A stretch of 64,000 nucleotides of DNA from Puniceicoccaceae bacterium (GTDB taxonomy: Bacteria; Verrucomicrobiota; Verrucomicrobiia; Opitutales; Oceanipulchritudinaceae), in NCBI GenBank assembly GCA_040830765.1, contig JBFOMH010000011.1, forward strand, positions 29,255 to 93,254, given 5' to 3'. Both the position numbers and the translations under genes were made by a program. This document shows positions 10,194 through 19,131 of the stretch, piece after piece (the stretch's first letter is position 1; every line of letters begins with the position of its first letter). A model generated the notes under the pieces. It did no database searches. It was not told the DNA's origin and saw nothing but the letters and a program-made list of their open reading frames with translations.

Positions 10194-11618
10194 TCAACGG
10201 GAAAACAGCTCCACAAATTCTTGGTGGACTTCCGGGTGATCAGCGGAAAGCTCGGTGGCCTCACCTGGATCCTGATCGAGGTTGAAGAGCTCGACCGGGT
10301 TTCCGTGGCCGTACTGGACCGCCTTCCATGAACCTTTGCGGGCAGCCTTGCGGACTGTCCCGACTATCCCGGAATTCGGGTCGCCAGCCTGCTTACCAAA
10401 AACCCAGTAAAGGATCCGTTCCGGTAATTCCGCAGGGTTGTCCCTTAGTAGCGGGGCAACCGATACGCCATTGGAACGCAAACGGGGAACAGCCAGGGTA
10501 TCGACGCCCGTAAGGTCAGCCAGAGTCGGGAGGACATCGGCAAAGGCCCATGGGGTATCATCGACACGCGCCTCCGTAATCTGCTCCGGCCAGTGGACAA
10601 TCATTGGTACATGTATCCCGCCCTCGTAAAGATCCCGCTTGATTCCCTTGTAGGGGGCGGCTGCCTTCATGGCGATGGGGTCGGCACCCCCTTCAGCGTG
10701 AGGTCCGTTATCTGAGGTAAAGAAGATGAGGGTGTTATCAGCGATTCCCAGCTCCTCAAGGGTCGCATAAATCTGACCGACATAATCATCAAGCGCCGCA
10801 ACCATTCCGGCCAAAGTGGCACTGGGGTGCTGGACCGGCTCCGGGTAGTACCTTGCATACTGGGGGCCTGGAGGGCCTTTGGACAACCCGACATACGGCT
10901 CATCGTCAAAGGTCTCGAGGTACGGATCGATGTATTCCTGCGGTGCGGCCAGTTCAGCATGCGGGGAGGAGTAGGCAAGGAACACGAAAAACGGATTCTC
11001 CCGTTCCTCCCGGATGTAGTCGATCGCTTCACGGGTGAACAGCTCCTGGGCATAGGATCCCTGCTTTCCGCCCTCGTTTTCGGGCAATCGAATCTTCACC
11101 CCGTCCCGCCACAGGAATTGTGGATATTGCCGGTGCCCCTCGAGGATGTGGTACATGCCGTACCAGGTGTCGAAGCCCATCGCCAGGGGATCGGTGACAC
11201 CCATTTCTGAACCAATGGAATACTTGCCAAAAAGGGCGGTGTCATAACCGGCATATTTCATGATGTGCCCGATTGTGATGTCGGCCGCTTCGAGCTGGAC
11301 CGAGTTTGAGTGGTCGCGGAGAAGGAGGCTGTCCCGTCCCGTGAACAGGGAAACCCGGGATGGCGAGCAAACAGTGCTTCCTGCGTATGCCTGGGTGAAG
11401 TTGATCCCGTTGTCGGCGAGTCGATCAAGGTTCGGGGTCCTGATCGTACTGCTGCCATTTGCCCCCACCTGATTGAATCCAAGGTCATCGGTGAGGATGA
11501 AAATGATGTTCGGCCGCTCCGGTGCAGTGGAACCAGAGGATATCGATGGGGTCAGGGCCATTGCGGTTGCGACAGCCAAGCGGAGGAGGGGGTAGAAGGA
11601 GCGGGTGATTTTGTTCAT
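10194..11618 (-). CDS. S1 (formylglycine) sulfatase, secreted
   Basis: PNIIFILTDDLG, CSPSR active-site motif, FTSDNG, EGGIHVP; signal peptide; directly abuts the GH78 gene. Confidence 0.92.
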   Translation of the reverse strand: MNKITRSFYPLLRLAVATAMALTPSISSGSTAPERPNIIFILTDDLGFNQVGANGSSTIRTPNLDRLADNGINFTQAYAGSTVCSPSRVSLFTGRDSLLLRDHSNSVQLEAADITIGHIMKYAGYDTALFGKYSIGSEMGVTDPLAMGFDTWYGMYHILEGHRQYPQFLWRDGVKIRLPENEGGKQGSYAQELFTREAIDYIREERENPFFVFLAYSSPHAELAAPQEYIDPYLETFDDEPYVGLSKGPPGPQYARYYPEPVQHPSATLAGMVAALDDYVGQIYATLEELGIADNTLIFFTSDNGPHAEGGADPIAMKAAAPYKGIKRDLYEGGIHVPMIVHWPEQITEARVDDTPWAFADVLPTLADLTGVDTLAVPRLRSNGVSVAPLLRDNPAELPERILYWVFGKQAGDPNSGIVGTVRKAARKGSWKAVQYGHGNPVELFNLDQDPGEATELSADHPEVHQEFVELFSR

Positions 11619-11633
11619 AATAGGATGGGCAGC

Positions 11634-11696
11634 AGATTAGGCATACGGCTTAGCCAGTTCAATTTGAATTGACGGTTTTCCTTTGTGCTTTTGCAT
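11634..11696 (-). promoter_or_regulatory. sigma70-type promoter of the sulfatase-GH78 operon with upstream candidate AraC site
   Basis: On the minus strand: ATGCAAAAGCACA (11696-11684), 21 nt, TTGAAC-N17-TAATCT. Confidence 0.55.
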
Positions 11697-11731
11697 ATTT
11701 GAATTCGACAAGGCGGCCTGCAGATGTACAA

Positions 11732-12670
11732 ATGCAGTTGATGAGCACTGATGCTGAGAAACCGGATTCTCCTTCCCCTGGTTTGACTCCTGAAATGATG
11801 AACCTTTCTCCGGCAGTGTGCCGGGCTGGCTATTTGCAATTTTCTGGCGAGCGCCGCTTCACCAATTCGCATGTGCAGAGCCGTGCTTTCTTTTGGTGTA
11901 AAAGCGGAACCGGCCGTTTCATCGTCAATGGCGAGACTTTCACCATCAAACCACGGGACCTTTACATCTTGCCATGGAACCGGACAATCAGCTACGAACC
12001 AGACCGGAAGGATCCCATGTTTACGGGTCATGTCCACCTGATCCCGGACTATCGGATTGGTTCTGAATGGATTCCCAACGTTCCCCACCGGGTCAATGAC
12101 GTCGCCTACAATTCCCCGGATCGACGAGATGCGGACTGGCCCAATCTCCGGGGAGTGCCGCGGTTCACCATCCTTGGCAACGATCGCATCGCCCTTCTTC
12201 TGGACTACACCATCCGGTGGTTCCGGCGCAGAAACGGCAGCAACGAGGCGGAAGCACGCCACCTCGGCCACCTGCTGGTGGGGGAGCTGATGCTTCTCCG
12301 GGCGAACGAGGAACAAAAGGGTCAAAACCTGCCCGAGGAGCTGCGACGCATGGTTGGCCATATTGATGCCAATTACATGCGCTCGCCCACGGTTACCGAA
12401 TTAGCGAACATCATTCAGCGCAGCCGTTCCCACGTCCTCAAGCTCTTCAAGAGTGAGTTGGGCATTTCCGCCAAGCGATACATCATCAACAAGCAACTTG
12501 GCGAGGCCTGCGAACAGCTCCTCAGTACAACCAAGTCGATCTCTGAAATTGGTCATGCGGTCGGCATCTCCGATCCCTATCACTTTTCCAAACTGTTCAG
12601 GCGACATATCCATCTTTCACCAACTGAATATCGCCGAAATCATGGACCGGTGGACGTTTCGGCGGAATAG
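11732..12670 (+). CDS. AraC-family transcriptional regulator
   Basis: N-terminal cupin; C-terminal double HTH (SISEIGHAVGISDPYHFSKLFRRHIHLSPTEYR). Start codon uncertain (11732/11741/later). Confidence 0.9.
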   Translation: MQLMSTDAEKPDSPSPGLTPEMMNLSPAVCRAGYLQFSGERRFTNSHVQSRAFFWCKSGTGRFIVNGETFTIKPRDLYILPWNRTISYEPDRKDPMFTGHVHLIPDYRIGSEWIPNVPHRVNDVAYNSPDRRDADWPNLRGVPRFTILGNDRIALLLDYTIRWFRRRNGSNEAEARHLGHLLVGELMLLRANEEQKGQNLPEELRRMVGHIDANYMRSPTVTELANIIQRSRSHVLKLFKSELGISAKRYIINKQLGEACEQLLSTTKSISEIGHAVGISDPYHFSKLFRRHIHLSPTEYRRNHGPVDVSAE

Positions 12671-12707
12671 GATCCCTTTGCAGGCACTGGCATTTACACG
12701 TGGTTGA

Positions 12708-12770
12708 ATGCAAAAACACATGGGCCTGCTGACTTGTCCATTGATAAGGGAAGGGTCACTGGGATATGAT
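12708..12770 (+). promoter_or_regulatory. promoter of the GH5 gene with upstream candidate AraC site
   Basis: ATGCAAAAACACA (12708-12720), 20 nt, TTGATA-N18-TATGAT. Confidence 0.55.
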
Positions 12771-12817
12771 TTTTGCCAGCAACATCTGTTGCGATATTTC
12801 ACCATCTCCATGTTCCC

Positions 12818-14233
12818 ATGAAGACCATCAAACTCCTTTCCTACGTTCTAATCCTCACCCTGGCCCATCAGGGCCTGGCCCAGATCAGGGGCGCCCTTCG
12901 GGATGGGCAGGGCCGCCACGTCATCCCGCGGGGATTTGTCGTCAACACCAACGACCATGTTGGCCCGGTTGAGTTCAATGCCGATGACTTCGCCCGCATG
13001 GTCAGGCTGGGGGCCAATTATCAGGTTGTCCGGTTGGAGCTGGGCCGTCTCAGTACCTATCCGGGTTACCAGTTTGAGCCGAGCTATCTCGACAAGTTGG
13101 AACGCCTGGTCCGACTCGGGCGCGAGGCCGGCATTAAAACGGTCTTCAAGATGACGGTCTACACCGTCAAAGGCTTCTCCTGGGAGGATTTCTGGGCCAA
13201 TGAGGACAATGAGCAGGACATCTACCTTCAGGCATGGCGGCACGTCTGGAAGCGCTTCAAGGACGAGCCTGCGGTCGTCGCCTACGACCTCGTCAACGAG
13301 CCGCGCAAGCTGACGATGGAGATTTCCTATACGGACCTGACCAACAAACACCTGATTCCGTTGTACGAACGCCTGATTGACGAAGCACAGATGATCAGTG
13401 CGGACAAGTTGTACCTCTGCCAGACGATTTTCATGAACAAGGGTGAGGCAATTAACCATAATCAGTATGCGGAAATCACCAAGCCCATCAAGCGGGACGG
13501 AGTTGTGTTTTCACCACATATCTACCAGGACAAGATCGAATTGATTGAGCCCATCATGCGGCGCTTCGAGAAGGAGGCCCTGATGCTCGATGCGCCGATC
13601 CTCATCGGTGAGTGGGGCTTCCCGACCTATGAGTCGGCCGATACATCCGTCGAGGAGCAACTGGCCTACATCGAGATGTATGTCCGCACCGCGGAGGTTT
13701 TCGACGCCATGGGCGTCGGCTCCATCAAGGCCTGGTTTCTCGGTAACCGGACGATGCAGGATTTCCTGCCCGGCGGGCGCTCCACATGGGCCATCTTCAG
13801 TGACGAGGTTGCCGCCGGGACGGTGGAGAGGAAGTACATCACGGACGTCATTGCGCGACCCTATCCGCAGACCATCGCCGGGGATATCCATTCCTTCATG
13901 TTCAACCATGCGACTCGCGTCCTGGATTTCAAAATCACTCCCGACAACAGCACAGGGGCCTCCCGGATCTTTGTCGCGGCCGACCGGCACTATCCCGACG
14001 GCTTTTCCATCCATTGCGGGGATGACCTTGTCCTTTGTTACAATCCCCTCAATGCCAAAGGTATCGAGGTCATCAAGGCCGGCGCATCGACCAATCCCAG
14101 CGACTTTATCTGGAACCCAGCCACCCAGCAGCTCATCGTCCTCCGCTGGCCGGTGGACGGGGAGGAACTGACAGTGAAGATTGTCCCGGGGATTGCGGTG
14201 GTGGAGTCACTCAGACTTGCTGAGGGAAACTAG
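12818..14233 (+). CDS. GH5 glycoside hydrolase, endoglycoceramidase-like architecture, secreted
   Basis: Signal peptide; YDLVNEP acid/base and ILIGEWG nucleophile motifs; RPYPQTIAG leading into a C-terminal beta-sandwich. Confidence 0.8.
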   Translation: MKTIKLLSYVLILTLAHQGLAQIRGALRDGQGRHVIPRGFVVNTNDHVGPVEFNADDFARMVRLGANYQVVRLELGRLSTYPGYQFEPSYLDKLERLVRLGREAGIKTVFKMTVYTVKGFSWEDFWANEDNEQDIYLQAWRHVWKRFKDEPAVVAYDLVNEPRKLTMEISYTDLTNKHLIPLYERLIDEAQMISADKLYLCQTIFMNKGEAINHNQYAEITKPIKRDGVVFSPHIYQDKIELIEPIMRRFEKEALMLDAPILIGEWGFPTYESADTSVEEQLAYIEMYVRTAEVFDAMGVGSIKAWFLGNRTMQDFLPGGRSTWAIFSDEVAAGTVERKYITDVIARPYPQTIAGDIHSFMFNHATRVLDFKITPDNSTGASRIFVAADRHYPDGFSIHCGDDLVLCYNPLNAKGIEVIKAGASTNPSDFIWNPATQQLIVLRWPVDGEELTVKIVPGIAVVESLRLAEGN

Positions 14234-14252
14234 ATTAGCTTACCTTAACCGC

Positions 14253-14990
14253 TCACCGGTTCATCAACTCCTCGGCCAGAAGGGCTTCGGCTGCAGTGGC
14301 CAGGTCGACCAATTCTGTTAGTAAGCGCAGCCAGTCCTCATGGGTGTCTTCGGCCCAATAAAAGCCGTTTTTAACGATTGGATCGGCAAGCAGGGCGTCG
14401 AAATCGTAGTTTATACGGCGTTTTGGCTCGTAGATCAGGCCGCCGGCTGCTGACGCGCTGGGTGGTGACCTGTCTTCCGTGTAAAACTCAACGAGCGGGG
14501 AGATGTGTTTTTCCAAGTCGAGTGGAATGTTCCGCCACCATGAGAAATGGCCCTTCATCGTTTCTTGTTCGGCAAACAGGCTGGAGAGGGTCCTACGCAG
14601 GTCTTCTGATTCCAATCGGGCGAACATACCGGAAAAAACCATCTCGTCGTAGGCACTGCGGTTGACGGTAAAGGTCGGAAGGTGGCCGACGTAAATCAGT
14701 CCATGCTCAAAGAGATCGGTATTGCCATTAATAATCTCCCCTTGGTTGAGCGACTGGTAAACAAAGGAAACGCCTTCAAGATTTTCCCCGATGAAGGAAA
14801 GGATGGATTCCGAATCCGAAATAAAAACCTTCAACTCCTCATCCAGTCGCTGCAGGTATTGTGTCTCTGAACGGTGGTAGGAACGGGCTTCCCTCCACTG
14901 GTCGACCTGAAGGGCAATGATGATACCGATGAAAACAACAGAAAGGTCAATGAAGGCCGTCTTTAAAGTGGAGTTGAATCGTAATCGCAT
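14253..14990 (-). CDS. hypothetical membrane-anchored protein (DUF6090-like N-terminus)
   Basis: VVFIGIIIALQVDQWRE single TM segment followed by a helical domain. Confidence 0.65.
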   Translation of the reverse strand: MRLRFNSTLKTAFIDLSVVFIGIIIALQVDQWREARSYHRSETQYLQRLDEELKVFISDSESILSFIGENLEGVSFVYQSLNQGEIINGNTDLFEHGLIYVGHLPTFTVNRSAYDEMVFSGMFARLESEDLRRTLSSLFAEQETMKGHFSWWRNIPLDLEKHISPLVEFYTEDRSPPSASAAGGLIYEPKRRINYDFDALLADPIVKNGFYWAEDTHEDWLRLLTELVDLATAAEALLAEELMNR

Positions 14991-15034
14991 GATGCCTGTT
15001 GAATTATGAAGAAGCGTCTTTTGGAGACCGGACC

Positions 15035-16156
15035 TCAGGGCGTAATTTTCAGCGTGAAGGCCCGGCCTTGGACGGCGTGGTTACCGACGCCGACAATGAT
15101 CGTGTCCTCTGAGATGACGGCCAGGTTGCTGGCACCACCACCGGATTCATTGGCATAGGTGACCTTGCCCTTGGCCATCTCGAGCAGGTTGACCCATTCG
15201 TTCCAAGTCTCGCCCCCGTCGTCGGAAATCATCACCAGATGGCGGTAGATGGGTTGGCTCTGGTCAGTGGCCGACATGATCCAGTAGTCCTTCCCGTCGA
15301 AGGAGAAGGGAACACACTGCCCAAGAAACCCTTTTTCCCAGAACTGGTGGGCCTTCTGCCAGGTTTCCCCGTTGTCCTCGCTCTTGAAGAGGGTAGCAAT
15401 CCCGGAGGCGAGGACGTAGATGTCGTCGCCGGACTTGAAGAAATCCATCAGGTCGCGGGCAGCCGGGAATTCGGCTTTCCGGGTCCAGGTCTTTCCGTAG
15501 TCATTCGATTGATACACCTTGCCGGATCCTTCAAAACCGACTCCCGCATAGACGGTCGGGCCGCCCCAGTAACCGAAACAGGTTGTGTTCTGGCGCGGAG
15601 CCTCCGCGTCGACCACGATCCAGTTAAAGGAGGCGAAGTGGTCGCTCGACCGGAGGATGCTGATCAAGTTGTTCCTCGACCGCCGCAAGCCGACAAGGAT
15701 GGAGCCGTCATCAAGCTGCACTAGACCGACCGTTCGCGAAGCAGGTGCCGTGGCCATGATGGACCAGGTATCTCCGTCATCTTCTGATCGGCCGACGGTG
15801 CCTGGTTCGGTCGTCGTAATGTAGATATTGCCATCTTCGGCCCGGATGTAGTTTCGGACATCCGCAATGTCCCATTCGTCCCCGCCATCGAAAACCTTTG
15901 TCCAGGACATTCCTGCATCGCTCGTCTTGAAAATGTCACCGGTCTCCTCGGTGCCGATGAGGCCAACACCTTCCGCAACCCGGAATGAGGAGCGGACATT
16001 GGACTCCCCTTCCGGTTCGAAGATGTTGACGATTTCCGCGGTGGGAAAGCGGTCCTTCGGCTTTTGCCCCGGCAGGGACATGTCGACATCCACGTCGACC
16101 TGGCATCCAAATAAGAATAGGGAACAGGGAAGTAACAGGATCTGGTTTCGATTCAT
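15035..16156 (-). CDS. Asp-box (BNR/sialidase-like) beta-propeller lipoprotein
   Basis: Lipobox LFLFGC; six SxDxGxTW-like repeats (TSDAGMSW, SEDDGDTW, SSDHFASF, SNDYGKTW, SEDNGETW, SDDGGETW). Confidence 0.75.
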   Translation of the reverse strand: MNRNQILLLPCSLFLFGCQVDVDVDMSLPGQKPKDRFPTAEIVNIFEPEGESNVRSSFRVAEGVGLIGTEETGDIFKTSDAGMSWTKVFDGGDEWDIADVRNYIRAEDGNIYITTTEPGTVGRSEDDGDTWSIMATAPASRTVGLVQLDDGSILVGLRRSRNNLISILRSSDHFASFNWIVVDAEAPRQNTTCFGYWGGPTVYAGVGFEGSGKVYQSNDYGKTWTRKAEFPAARDLMDFFKSGDDIYVLASGIATLFKSEDNGETWQKAHQFWEKGFLGQCVPFSFDGKDYWIMSATDQSQPIYRHLVMISDDGGETWNEWVNLLEMAKGKVTYANESGGGASNLAVISEDTIIVGVGNHAVQGRAFTLKITP

Positions 16157-16293
16157 CGGAACTGATTGAATTAGAGTACCTTAGATTTTCCTTCAAGCGT
16201 GTTTTTGGTCGGCCTGTATGCGGCTATTGACGATGGGGACGACCCTTGACCCCTTCAGATCTACCTTTCACCATGGTACCCAGCCAACCTCAT

Positions 16294-17703
16294 ATGATGA
16301 AAAAGTCTCTCCTGATCCACCCGGCCTTACTTGCCTCCATTGCTGGATTCGCGGCCCCGCCGCCCAACATTGTCATCATATTCAATGATGATCAGGGGTA
16401 TCAGGATTTGGGCTGTTACGGCTCGCCCGACATCAAGACCCCACGGGTTGATCAACTGGCGCAGGAGGGCATGCGTTTTACTGACTTCCTGGTGGCCTCG
16501 CCGGTCTGCTCGCCTTCGCGAGCGTCCCTGCTGACTGGTTTGTATCCCCACAAAGCGGGTGTGAGGGGAGTCTTTTTTCCCAACCGGGGCTATCATGGAT
16601 TGGCTCCGAGTCAGGTGACGATTGCGGAAACCCTGCGTGATGTGGGTTACGCAACAGCCGCAGTCGGCAAGTGGCACCTTGGTGATCATGTGGACTTCCT
16701 GCCAACCAACCAGGGCTTTGATAGTTATTTTGGCATCCCCTACAGCAACGACATGTATCCGGCCCAGGACATGCGGTATGCCGCTGACTGCATCTATCTG
16801 GAAGGGGAGACACCCGAGACGATTCGGCAATCCTTTGAGGAGGAATTGAGGAGAGGCAATCCCGTGGCCATGCGAGACAAGGTTCCCTTGATGCGGGATG
16901 AGGAGTGCATCGAGTTCCCGGCAGACCAACGGACCATTACCCGCCGCTACGCCGACGCAGGTATTCGCTTCATTCGGGATAGCGTGGATTCCGGCAAGCC
17001 ATTCTTCCTCTACCTGGCCAATACCATGCCCCATGTCCCGCTTTTTTCGTCCGAGCCATTCACCGGCAATAGCGAGCGAGGACCCTATGGGGATGTCATC
17101 GAGGAAATTGATTTTTATACGGGAAGAATCCTCGATTGTCTGGAGGCGCTGGGTATCGAGGAAAACACGATTGTCATCTTCACGTCGGACAATGGCCCCT
17201 GGCTGACCAAGGGCGAGGAGGGTGGCTCCGCTGATCCGCTTTTTGAAGGCAAGTTCTCAGGCTTTGAAGGCGGTCATCGGGTCCCTTGTATCATTCGTTG
17301 GCCGGGCAAGATCCCGGCTGGAAGTGTTTGTGCCGAAATAACCTCTACAATCGATTTTCACCCGACCCTGGCGGGTCTGGCAGGTGCGGAGCTCCCCGCA
17401 ATTGAGCTGGATGGCAAGGATGTGCTCGACCTGTGGCTGGCCAAAGAAGGAGCAGAATCCCCGCACGAGTACTTTTTCTATGTGCACCGGGGGCAAGCGG
17501 TCCGTTCGGGCGACTGGAAGTACCACTTGAAGGAAGTGTTTCCCGTCAAGGCAACCGCCCGCGAGTACACAGGTCCATCATTGTACAACCTTCGCGACGA
17601 CATCGGGGAGGCGAACAATGTGATAACTGAGTATCCAGAGGTCGCGGAGCGCCTTTCAGCTCAACTGGACGCCTTCCTCAGTGACTGGGCCAAGGAGGAA
17701 TAA
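16294..17703 (+). CDS. S1 sulfatase (arylsulfatase A-like)
   Basis: PNIVIIFNDDQG, CSPSR, GKWHLG, GIPYSNDM, FTSDNGPW. Confidence 0.92.
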   Translation: MMKKSLLIHPALLASIAGFAAPPPNIVIIFNDDQGYQDLGCYGSPDIKTPRVDQLAQEGMRFTDFLVASPVCSPSRASLLTGLYPHKAGVRGVFFPNRGYHGLAPSQVTIAETLRDVGYATAAVGKWHLGDHVDFLPTNQGFDSYFGIPYSNDMYPAQDMRYAADCIYLEGETPETIRQSFEEELRRGNPVAMRDKVPLMRDEECIEFPADQRTITRRYADAGIRFIRDSVDSGKPFFLYLANTMPHVPLFSSEPFTGNSERGPYGDVIEEIDFYTGRILDCLEALGIEENTIVIFTSDNGPWLTKGEEGGSADPLFEGKFSGFEGGHRVPCIIRWPGKIPAGSVCAEITSTIDFHPTLAGLAGAELPAIELDGKDVLDLWLAKEGAESPHEYFFYVHRGQAVRSGDWKYHLKEVFPVKATAREYTGPSLYNLRDDIGEANNVITEYPEVAERLSAQLDAFLSDWAKEE

Positions 17704-17730
17704 TGGCAGGTCGGGGATCCGTCGCTTCGA

Positions 17731-19080
17731 TCAATCCTCATTAAGGCGGTTGTAGGAGACAGTGGCGCGGATGTCCGTCTGGACGTGGCGCTCGACGATC
17801 GGCTTGCGGGAGCCGCCATCCTCTTCGCCCCAGACAACCTTAACTTCGGAACCGTCGGGAACCTCCTCATCCAGCATGGCCAGGGAGAACCAGGACCGGA
17901 CATTGGCGGTGTAAACGGTGTAGGTTGAGAGACCCACCATGCGGTCGCCGACAAGCACCTTGTCGAACGGCAGGATGGAGTAATAGGCGTTCGGTACTTC
18001 CATGTACTTGTAACGCTCACCTTCGCCCAGCTGACTGGCGAAGACCTTCATCACATCCTCGTCGTTCCCCTTCAGCCAGAGTTTCCGGCGGTGGGGCTGG
18101 TCGACCATCTTTTCCAGTGCCTCGCGGCCAATGAAATCGTGATCGAACTTGATGTGCTTGCCGTAGCCGAGATCCCACGGGGTCTGGTAGTAGTCCTCAA
18201 TGTTGTCGGCATAGAAACTGCCCCCAAGGGAGGCATTGGCCTCGAAACCGTTGGCCGGGAGCCATTCGCGGTAGGCCTTCATCTTGTCCCCGGCATAGAT
18301 GGCCGGCATCGGAGAGGGGATCCAGCCGCTTTCGGGGGAGACAGTCGAATAGGCACGGCTGCCTCCCATGACCAATCCAAATTCCGGCCCCTTCTTGAGG
18401 ATTGCCTCAAGCACGACATCTCGGTCCTCGACGGGGCCATGGAGCTCAAGTCCACCCATTCTGGACATGTTGTGGTTGAGGGCACGCACTTTCTTGCCGG
18501 CGATCGTGAGGTCACCGAGATTGAAGAACTTGATTTCCGGGAATTCCCCTTCGTGGACGCTCTTGATGAGGTCGAGGGCGTTCGGTCCCTGAATCTGGTA
18601 CCGGTAGATGAGGCGGGAACCGTCATTGCTGACCGTGCGCTGGTCGCGCGTCACCTTGACATCGTAATTTCCGGTCTCGGCATGGAAATTGACCCAGTTG
18701 GGGACGGAGGGACGTCCAACCACGCTGACCTTGTCATCCGTGTGGCCAAAGAGAATGGCATCGCCGATGACATAGCCATCGTAATTACAGGCGACAATCT
18801 GCTTGGCCTTGTTGGCGGCAAAGTTCTTCAAGGTATTGACCCCGACGTCGGAAAGCAGGCGGCGTACGTCCGGCCCCTCAAAGTAGATGTCGGTCATGTG
18901 AAAGGACTGGTCAAAGAGGACGACGCTGTTCTGCCACGCCTGTTGTTCCTCGCGCCAGTTGGTGTATTCGCCCGGGAAAGGGAACTGGTAGCCGCCTACC
19001 TGTGCATGGCGGAGCATCTCGACGGGGCTGGGGTATTGCTGAAGCTTGGCTTCAAGACTGGTGGGTTGTTCTGTACTCAT
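17731..19080 (-). CDS. ligM: tetrahydrofolate-dependent aryl O-demethylase (LigM/DesA family, GcvT fold)
   Basis: VEMLR, NWREEQQAW, LFDQSFHM, AKQ, IGDAILF, VGRP, GSRAY, ESGWIPSPMPAIY, GGSF..NIEDYY, KFDHDFIGR, WGEEDGGSRK..VERH are colinear with recalled Sphingobium LigM. The ligM-versus-desA assignment is tentative. Confidence 0.85.
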   Translation of the reverse strand: MSTEQPTSLEAKLQQYPSPVEMLRHAQVGGYQFPFPGEYTNWREEQQAWQNSVVLFDQSFHMTDIYFEGPDVRRLLSDVGVNTLKNFAANKAKQIVACNYDGYVIGDAILFGHTDDKVSVVGRPSVPNWVNFHAETGNYDVKVTRDQRTVSNDGSRLIYRYQIQGPNALDLIKSVHEGEFPEIKFFNLGDLTIAGKKVRALNHNMSRMGGLELHGPVEDRDVVLEAILKKGPEFGLVMGGSRAYSTVSPESGWIPSPMPAIYAGDKMKAYREWLPANGFEANASLGGSFYADNIEDYYQTPWDLGYGKHIKFDHDFIGREALEKMVDQPHRRKLWLKGNDEDVMKVFASQLGEGERYKYMEVPNAYYSILPFDKVLVGDRMVGLSTYTVYTANVRSWFSLAMLDEEVPDGSEVKVVWGEEDGGSRKPIVERHVQTDIRATVSYNRLNED

Positions 19081-19131
19081 AATGGATAGTGGTTGATGTT
19101 GTGAGAGATTGAATATTGTAGTTGAAATTGA

